In this document: piece after piece, positions 1-8,700 of the stretch
Numbering within the stretch: the stretch's first letter is position 1
Layout of the letters: each line of letters opens with the position of its first letter
Source of the DNA: Thecamonas trahens ATCC 50062
Taxonomy: Eukaryota > Protista > Apusomonadida
Reading direction: 5' to 3'
Length of the DNA stretch: 50,014 nt
NCBI RefSeq assembly: GCF_000142905.1
Contig: NW_013657633.1
Coordinates: forward strand, 257,803-307,816
Made by a program: the position numbers and the translations under genes
The notes under the pieces: generated by a model
Database searches by the model: none
Told to the model about the DNA's origin: nothing
The model's input: the letters and a program-made list of their open reading frames with translations, nothing else

Positions 1-1425
1 TCCCACTATCGCCTCGCGAAAAAAAAACCCCAAACTTCAGTACCGTTGCAAGCACGCGTCTCCCTCTCCCTCCCCCCCCCCCCCCCCCCCCTCCCCACCT
101 CCCCTCTCCTGCCCCTCACCTCCCCGTCGCCCCACCACCCCTGCTTCCCACCGTACCTTCCAACACTCGAAACACTTTCCGCCTGAAGAGCCCCAATCAA
201 TGCCAAGAAGGTCACCGCCCATGACGGTCTCTACGAGTCAGGTGGGAGCTGAGACTGGTGAGTGTGGCTCGTCGTCGTCGTCGTCGTCGTCGTTGCCCGT
301 CAGGTGCTCCCTCACCAGTCGGCACACAACTGTTCGTCACTGTGGCGTCATCCGTCCTTTTTTCGCCGCCACCACCACGAGTCGCGAACATGCGCAACAG
401 GTGAAAGAAGCCGAAGCGGTTGAGACACACCTTTCTTCGCGTAACTCCATTGGCGTCGACGCAGTTGGCCTCTTGCAGAGCTTGTTTGATCGTTCATGCG
501 CGCTGTGATCACCTTGCCGGCCGGCGTCGTCTCGTGGTCAGTCAGTATTTTTTGAGTTTCCTGCACACGCGCGTATGTTTGCAACGGTCTGTGCACACGT
601 TAGCAACTAGCTGTAAGCACAATACTGTTGGCATCAATGACAACGTGCAGAAGAGCAGAGAGCGTCGCACTCTCAAGTGAGCAGAGTGACCTCTCGGCCT
701 GCAACCGGGGGCGCGCTTGCACCTTATCACAGGTAGTCGAAAAAAACTCCCCCCCTCCTCCCCCTCACAGCTCGCACCCGTACTCATTTCAATCTATGGA
801 CGTCAAGCTATTTCACACCAAGCGCTATCAACTGCAGATTCTCGAGATTACTCTAGACATACTTGGAAGTCAATGGTAGAGATGCAGTGCATGTAGATCT
901 GACACCGATCAGGGCTCAGCTCCTAATGGTCGCCTTCGTCGACCCGGAAAGGAGTCGCTCTCGGCCGCCGTCCAGACGCTCTCCTCTCTCTCTCTCTCCT
1001 CCCCCCCCCCCCCCTTCGACCCCTATCCACCAACCTGTCATCCTCTTCCTCCCCTCATCCTATTCGTCCATCCCCCCACCCAGCCACTAACGTACTAATC
1101 ATCGTCCCTTCGATTCGGTCGGAAAGACAATCTCCTGTCTCGTGCTCCGCACCTTCGCCTCACGTGGCCCAGAGCAACCCAAGCCCGTCTGCACTCTTCA
1201 CCTGTTACGTAGTGGCAACCATCACATCAGGAGAACACCACAACAATAGTATCTCCACGCATACCATTGGATTGGACGTGTAAGGTCTAGACCGTGTGTT
1301 ACAAGGCACCGCGGTGTTGGCAAGGAACACGCCCTCTGTGCGGCGAGTGCGGCTTTGTGCCCGGCATAGTCCAGGTGTTCAGCCGACATCAAAATTTCCG
1401 CCCGTTTCTGCCGGAATAGCAAGCC

Positions 1426-2889
1426 ATGGGCAACATCCTCCACGGCTATCCCAGCCAGGATGAGCTCCTCGATTCCATCCACACCTCGCGTCCTGTTCGT
1501 TCGGCCACGGTGTACGCCTTTCGCTGCATCGACAAGCGGTTCTTCCAGTACTTTCCGCCGAAGCCGCCAACAACCTCGGCGCCCGACGAGGTAACCCACG
1601 TCCCGGACATTGACGACGGATCGAGCTCCAGCGGCGATGATGACCTCCCGCCACCGCCGTATCTGCCGCTCACTGCTGCTCCACAGGGAATCGACTCGGC
1701 GTCGGATGATGACTCGCTCCTCTCGCAGAGCTCCGACTCGGACTCGGACTCTGACGCAGACTCAGAAGCCGGAACCGACCCGGCGCCGATGGCGAGTGCG
1801 CTGCCTATGGCCGGCCCGCCGTCGCTCCCGATCCAGGTTGAGCGGTCCACCTCGCTCTACGAGCTACTTCGGGCATCGTCGTCGAACGAGTCCGAGGGCT
1901 CGTACCTCGCCGAGCCGTGGTCGCAGCTCCTGCCTGGTGGTGGGCGGCTACACCACTCCGCCGTCTCCATCTACATGGACGTCGTCGACGCGCTGGAGCT
2001 CTGCCCTGGCGAGACCTTTCTTAACATCGGATCGGGATCGGGCTATCTCTCGACGGTAGCGTCAATACTACTGGGGCCGACCGGCTGCTCGCTCGGCGTC
2101 GAGCTCGACGAGGCAGCGCTCGAATGGGCCAAGGCGCGGACAGACGAGCTCTTCTCCTCGCCGTGGATCAACACGGCGCGGATGCGGCAGCCGCACTTTT
2201 TCCGCGGTGATGCGCTCTCGCTCGCATCGGACACGCTTCGATTTGATGCCATCTACGTCGGCTCGGGCATTGCCAGCGATGCCCACATCCGCGCGTTCTA
2301 CGCGCTGCTCAAGCCCGGTGGCCGCCTTGTCGTCCCGTACCAGGCTAACGTCATTCGGCTTCATCACACCCCGGCTGGCGCCGAGACAACCGTCGTCACA
2401 CCAGGCACCATCTTTGCGCCAGTAGTCGACGACGGATCCGAGGTCCTTCCCGACGGCACTGACCCCATGGCCGAGATCGAGACCACGCTCGCGGCGCGGA
2501 TGCTGCCGTCGCTCTTTGTCCTTGCCGCCGACGCGCTGCGAAGCCAGTGGATGCTTGATGACGGCATCGTCGTGGGTGACGACCTCGCGCTCACCTACAC
2601 GCCGCCGCTGGAGCGACTCCGCGCCCTCATTGGTATCGTGCCCATGGACACGCTCGAGTTTCTCAACGGTGGCGTCCCGCTCGACATCGCCACCTGCGCC
2701 TACCCGGGCTGCCTCAAGCGGTTTGCCGCCGATCCGCTCCCGACCTCTACCTCGGCCTCGTCGGCTACCCTCTCCAGCTCAGCCTCGAGCTCAGCATCGA
2801 TGACGTCGTCGCTCTCGGCGCTCCGCTGCTGCTGCCTCGACCACGCTAACCGGCTCGAGGTCGAGTCGCTCTCATCCGAGTCTGGATAA
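1426..2889 (+). CDS. PCMTD1/2-like protein-L-isoaspartate O-methyltransferase-domain protein with BC-box (SOCS-box-like) motif
   Basis: 487-aa intronless ORF. N-terminus MGNILHG..DELLDSI..VRSATV..AFRCIDK parallels the PCMTD N-terminus (possible Gly2 myristoylation). HHSAVSIYMDVVDALELCPGETFLNIGSGSGYLST is the PIMT motif I region; LGVELD, FDAIYVGSG and LLKPGGRLVVP are later motifs. LPSLFVLAADALR resembles a BC-box. Acidic Ser/Asp insert near the N-terminus. Confidence 0.85.
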   Translation: MGNILHGYPSQDELLDSIHTSRPVRSATVYAFRCIDKRFFQYFPPKPPTTSAPDEVTHVPDIDDGSSSSGDDDLPPPPYLPLTAAPQGIDSASDDDSLLSQSSDSDSDSDADSEAGTDPAPMASALPMAGPPSLPIQVERSTSLYELLRASSSNESEGSYLAEPWSQLLPGGGRLHHSAVSIYMDVVDALELCPGETFLNIGSGSGYLSTVASILLGPTGCSLGVELDEAALEWAKARTDELFSSPWINTARMRQPHFFRGDALSLASDTLRFDAIYVGSGIASDAHIRAFYALLKPGGRLVVPYQANVIRLHHTPAGAETTVVTPGTIFAPVVDDGSEVLPDGTDPMAEIETTLAARMLPSLFVLAADALRSQWMLDDGIVVGDDLALTYTPPLERLRALIGIVPMDTLEFLNGGVPLDIATCAYPGCLKRFAADPLPTSTSASSATLSSSASSSASMTSSLSALRCCCLDHANRLEVESLSSESG

Positions 2890-2937
2890 TCCCCCCCCCC
2901 CCCCCCCCCATACACATTACACACGCAACCATCCGCT

Positions 2938-5401
2938 TTACTTGGTCGTGTCCATTGAGATAGCGGCGCCGGCGTCGCCGACAGCCTGGGCCTTTGCTGC
3001 CGGGGAAAGGTCGTCAACGTGCGGCGAAGGCTCCGAGGCGCGGAACGGGCCGGCGGCAAGTAGCACGTTGCGCGGGTTGAACTTGACGTTAAAGACGGGG
3101 GTGGACTTTGTGTAAAAGGCCTTGACGAGGCCACCCGGCGGGGTGTCCTGGCGGCGCGAGGTGGAAGCGTCGAGGAAGCGCGACTCTACGTCCCAGAGGC
3201 GGATGGAGTGGTCAGCCGAGGCCGAGGCGAGGAGGACGCCGTCGTGGGCGTAGTCGAGCGACCAAACCGCGCCCTTGTGGCCGGTGTACGACTTGAGCGA
3301 CTTTGCAGAGTTGATGTCCCACTCGATGACGGCGCCGTTGTGGGCGCCCGAGGCGAGCTTGGCACCATCGGGCGAAAAGGCGAGCGAGGCGACACCGTCG
3401 GTGTGTCCGGTGTAGACACGGACGCAGTTTCCCGACTGGACGTCCCAGAGGCGGACCGACTTGTCAGACGAGCCAGTGGCGACGTAGTTGGAGTTGGGAT
3501 GGAAGGCGACGGTGTCGACGTCGCTGAGGTGGCCGGCAAAAATGCGCAGCGGGGTCACCATGTTGGTCGACCAGAGACGAGCCGTGGTGTCGTGCGAGGC
3601 CGTGGCAAAGTAGTGGCCGAGCGGCGAGACGGCGACGTCCCAGATCGGGAACGAGTGGCCGGAGTACACCACAAGGTTGGTCCTGGTCTCCATGGACCAC
3701 AGCCGGGCCGTCCCGTCCTGCGAGGCCGAGACAAAGAACCGCGAGTCGGGCGAGAACGAGAGGCCGTAGACCGGGCCCGAGTGCCCGTGCAGGACGACCG
3801 AGTTCTCGGCAATGGGCACTAGCTCCGGGTTGAGCCCGGTCAGATGGCGGCCCTCGAGGTCCCACAGCCGGATCGACGAGTCGCCAAAGCCTGTTGCCAT
3901 GAGCCCGCCGGACCGCGAGAAGCTGGCGCAGTTGAGCGTGTCGTACGTGTTGAAAAAGGTGTACATGGCGGCCGACGGCAGCGCCGTCGACGACAGCGCC
4001 ATGCGCGACCGCACCTCCGCAAATGACTCGAGCTCCGAGAGCTCGGCCGTCTCCAACAGCGGAATGCGCTTGAGCTCCGGGACCGGCGGCGCGTCGCCGG
4101 TCTCGGCCGCCGACCCGTCGCCGCGTTTGCGCCGCTTGGACCGCCCGGCGCCCTCCTCGGCGGCGGCCGCAAACGAGGCGTCGAGCTCGGCCTGCGCCTC
4201 GGTAAAGAGATTAAAGACCAGCGGGCGGCCCTCGTCGTCGGTCAGGCCCTTGAGCTCTTCCGAGAACTCGGAGATGAGCGCGTGGGTTGACTCCTTGAAC
4301 GACGGAAAGGTGCCCCAGTGGACTTGGTGCGCCTCGACCAGCTCGTCCATGGCCTCGACACTGAGCCCGGTGAGCGCGCCGGCGGCAAACCGCGGAACAA
4401 CGCCGTCGTTCGGCTTGGCCTCGGCCACCAGCACGTTGATGCGCTCGTTGACAATGGCGAGCAGGAGCATAAAGTCGGCCTCCTGCAGGAACCGCACCAG
4501 GAGCTCAAACCCGTACGACGACAGCCGCACGTTGTACTTGTTTGTCCGGAACGTCGACGACAGTTTGTTCTGCAACACATGCTGCTTGTGCGTCACCGAG
4601 CCGAGCTGCGCCAGGTCGGCCGAGTGCGCCGCCGCATGTTCCGGCGAGAATCGCGCCAGGAACGTCTTGGCTTCCTCCGCATGCTCCTTGGACACCAGGT
4701 CGAGGTAGCAATGGACAAAGACAGGGAAGAGGATCGCCGACAGTTCATCCTGTCCACCAATGCCACCACAGCCATGCCGAGCACCATGCCCATCCCCGAC
4801 ACGACCGCCATGGCAGCCCACCCGGGACCATCGACGACAACCACCAAATGCAGAAAAAGGCCGTCAGACGACGACAAGCACCGCCACCGGCACCCCGACA
4901 ACCCCCCCCCCCAGCACCCACCACCACCACAGCACACATTCCAATCACATACCCACATTCAACACATCCACATCCATGTCATAAGTAAGTATGAGCTCCA
5001 TAGTAGTGCCAATGCCTGCGCTTGGCGGGGTAGAAACAGGCGACGGGGCGATCGGGCCTGGGCGATCGCGATCATGATCACGATGGTGATCACGATCACA
5101 AGGGGGGAGGGCAGGGGGGGGGGGGGGGGTGGAGGGGGACAGAGAGAGTACGTACACGGTAGGCCTCGAGCGAGGTGGTAATCCAGTCCTTGAGGCGAGC
5201 ATATGACTCGAGGTATGCCTGTGGGCCCTCCTTGGGGTTGTGGAAGAGGATGTAGTTTGCTACGTTTGTGTCGACGGCCGAGTAGGCACGAAAGGCAAGG
5301 TCGTCCAGCGACTCGACCCTCCCCTCATGGTTAAGCGCAGCCTCGGCACGCTCATACTGTTTCCGCTTGAGGTATGCAAGCACAATGGCGTCAGTGTCCA
5401 T
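2938..5401 (-). CDS. TAF5: Transcription initiation factor TFIID subunit 5 (LisH + NTD2 + WD40); exons 5401-5156 and 4749-2938, 685 aa
   Basis: Exon 1 MDTDAIVLAYLKRKQYERAEAAL (LisH-like) ... YARLKDWITTSLEAYR joins in phase 0 to DELSAILFPVFVHCYLDLV (NTD2). C-terminal WD40s GHSGPVYGLSFS, RIFAGHLSDVDTVAFHPNSNYVATGSSDKSVRLWD and FYTKSTPVFNVKFNPRNVLLAAG are TAF5-typical. Confidence 0.95.
4750..5155 (-). other. Spliceosomal intron of TAF5 (406 nt, GTACGT...GGACAG)
   Basis: Removal restores a continuous NTD2 domain; contains poly-C and low-complexity tracts. Confidence 0.9.
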
Positions 5402-5491
5402 GTCGGGCAGACAACTGGGACACTGCCACAGAGAGAAAGAGAGGTGGTTGTGGCAGTGGCACTGTTGGTGCTGGTTGCTGCTCGCCCCGCA

Positions 5492-5641
5492 ATTGGGTGC
5501 CACCGACCAATCGGGCCTCGCCGTCTCGGCATCGTCGCCGCCCGCCTGCTCGCCCGCCCGCTTGGCCCGACCGCTGGCCCATCGATCAGCACTGCCTGGC
5601 TGCCCTGCCAACGAGCCGACCAATGGATGACATCATCCAAT
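5492..5641. promoter_or_regulatory. Cluster of CCAAT/ATTGG boxes upstream of TAF5 (possible NF-Y sites)
   Basis: ATTGG at 5492 and CCAAT at 5507, 5620 and 5637, within about 240 nt of the TAF5 ATG. Similar ATTGGATTGG near 1267 upstream of the PCMTD-like gene and several CCAAT in the DDX1/ankyrin divergent region. Confidence 0.4.
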
Positions 5642-5710
5642 CGCGCGTCCCCTTCCCCTCCCTGCTAGCATCATGTTTGCCGAAATCATGTCTGTTTTAT
5701 CGTCATCCAT

Positions 5711-8700
5711 CTACGTCACACACACACGATACAGCTGCGACGGCAAAGCGGTCTCGAACCGTTCGACAACGCCGAGGCCGGTGGTGACGGGCACGATTAG
5801 GCCCAGCCACCGCAGCCGCTCGCAGAGCAGACTGGCATGGCTACTGTCAGAAACGACGTGGTTGTCAGACAGCCACGTCATGAGTTGACTACCCGAAAAC
5901 GCAGCCTTGATTGCCTGCCCCCGGATGCGCCGCGTCTGCGCGAGATTCTTTCCTGCTGCCACGGCAAGCTCGCAGCACTTGACGAGATCCCACTCGCCGA
6001 AAGTGGGAACATGCGGCGATGGCAGAGCAGCAGTGGCCGCCATCATGTTGGCCCGCGAAAGCCCGCCATCTGTATCAACCCAGTCGACCACATAGCCTAT
6101 GGAGGCCTCGCCGAGCATCGAAACGGTAAACTCGTGCTCATCCTGCAGCATGTCGCTGCCGGTGACGTCGTCATTCGCCAAGTCGAGCTTGAGCCAGGAC
6201 GCGATGAGTGTGACGGCCTTGATGCCAATCTGCATCACCATCGGCAGTGCCGCTACCCCGTCCAGCGCCATTGACGACGCGCTCATGGCGTGCACGTCCG
6301 CCATCAGCTTGGCCGCACACTCGAGCCGGCTCATCTTGTCCGAAAAGCCTGCCATGGCTTTGAAGGCCAGTGTCTTCACCCGTGGGACGGATGCGGGATC
6401 GATTGCCACCAGCTCTGGCCGCGTGAGTAGGACATCGCGAAAGGCGGCCATAGCCATGAGGAGAAAGCCTTCGGCAAGGATGACCGTCTCGTCGCCTTCC
6501 ATCATGATCGAGCTGAGGATCTGATCAAACGCATTGACGTCGTTGGAGAGGAGCGCCATGATGGCCATTGTCCGCAGAGCTGCCAGTGAACCCGGCGATG
6601 ACTTGCCCGACGAGTAGATCTGGAGGCAGAGGACGTGCGCCTTGCTCCACTCTCCGGCCTGCAGCAGCATCCACGCCCGTGCGTTCAGCAGCCGCACCGT
6701 CTTCACCTGCAGCACCGCGCTCCACGGCGTCGAGCTGTCGATCCACGCAAACTGCCGCTTCGCCCGCGCCACGAGTCCGATGTCCACCAGCGTCACGCCC
6801 AGCTCATGCTGCGCCTCGGCTGCGGCCGTCGCGTTGCAGCCCTTGCGCGACGCACTGAGGGCCTTGACAAACCATCCGACCGCGGCCTTGGGCCGCGCGC
6901 GCGTCAAAAGCAGCCGTCCCGTCGCCATGGAGATTGCAGCCTCGCCTGCCAGCTGTTGGCCTTGCGACGGCCCGCCCTCGCAGGTTGCAGCCAGCGCGCC
7001 CTTGACTACCATATCGCGCGCAGTGCGGAGGTCTCCGCGCGCAACTGCCATGTTGGTCTTGAGAGCCCACACCTCGAGATCGTTGCCGTGGCCCTCGGCG
7101 AGGTGCTTGCTCAGCAGGACGCAGATGTCGGACAGCACCTCGCCGCGCGTAGATCCAACACGCTGCATGCCGATGTGTGAGGCTGTGGTTTGGTCGCGTA
7201 CGAGCGCGGCGTTGAGCACCGCGCGTGCATAAGCCATGAGCAGACTCCACCGCGCTTCGGCACCAACGCGCGTCACTTCCGACGGCGGCAGGCGATCGCT
7301 GATGACGGTGGTGTCCGGCGCCATGTGCCCAAGCTCCTCGCCGGGGGTAAAGAGGCGCTTGATAAGCCGCGTCTCCACCGGCGGAAGCTCGGCGTTGGGA
7401 CCGTCGCGGTGGAGTTCGCGGCGCGCGTCCGACCGCGCGATGGCACCGAGCACCTGGCGATAGTCCGCCAGCGGCAGCTCGAGTTGCTGGTCCACAATGA
7501 GCGAGACACAGCCCTTGACGATGAGGTGCATGTCGCCGGCCCGGCGCGCAAACGGCAGGAAGCTGGCTGGGTGCGAGTCGACCGGATGGTCAGAGGCGGC
7601 GAGCGTCCGGCCGACGTGGAAGGCGTAAAACTCGGCATCGCCGACCGGGAGTGTTGCAAGGATGGCGTGCCGCTCGGCGGCACGCACAAACTGAAACGAC
7701 TCCTTGCCCGACAGCGGATCCGTGATCGTCTTGAGGACGTCGTGCACCTGCGCGAGGCCGTATAGTTCGGTCACTGAGCACAGTTCCGAGTTTGCAAAGG
7801 CCAAGACCAATTGCGGCGACGCAAGGCTCGGATCGGACTGCGCCCGCATGTACGCGTCCTTGAGGAGGGTGAGCGAGCCAGCGCGACCGATGACTGCTGC
7901 AAACTCGATGAGTGCCACAAGCGGGAGATGCAGGTGCGCGGAGCCGGAAAGGGTGAGATCGTCAAGCACCCGGCCGAACATCATCAGCCGGAGCTCTTGC
8001 ACACAATCATCGGATGAGCAGTGCCGCAGTGCTCGCATGCCAAGCAGGATGTGAACTGAGCTGTTTGGGCCGGAGCTTGTGTCGAGCTTCCCGCCCAAGT
8101 TCTCGCTCTCGTGCCAGTCTGACACTGCCGAGTCATTCCAGATCGAGCTGTCTTGGCCAATGTTTCCAAGAATGTTGACCTGAAGGTTGGCGCTCGAGCC
8201 TGATGATATCGGCTGTTTCGACATAGGCTTGGGTGCCACTTTGCGGTTGCTTCTTCCGCCCTTTGGTCCCGATCCTGTTGCGTTGACGACGTACGGTGCC
8301 GGGCGGGCGACGTAGGGGTGCGGCGGGAGACATGCCGATGATGGAACGTGGCTTGGCTGGGCGAAGCGGTGCCCGCTCGCAGCCGTAATGTCCAGCCCAG
8401 GCGAGTTACAGTTGGCAAAGTCAAAGCCGAGGAGGCAGAGGCCGGTGGACGGCAGGTTGGTCTGCCTCTGGACTTCCAATCTGGCGATCGACGCGTCGAG
8501 CTCAGCATCAGCCCGCTCCGAGACAGGTACGGTCGCGCATCCGTCGCGCGCCATGCGGTGATGGTGGGTGGCCATGCACACGGTGCACGGCACTGCCCTA
8601 CTCGAGTTGAGGACCGAGACGTCCATAGCCATGCCGGCAAACGAGACAGTGGGGCGATGTGGCGCGGTCATGAGCCGGATGGCATCGTACTGGGCCACTG

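Noticed and set aside
4983-4993. ATACTTAC on the minus strand resembling the U1 snRNA 5' end
   Set aside because: It continues TTATG rather than CTG, and no U1 stem-loops or Sm site follow.
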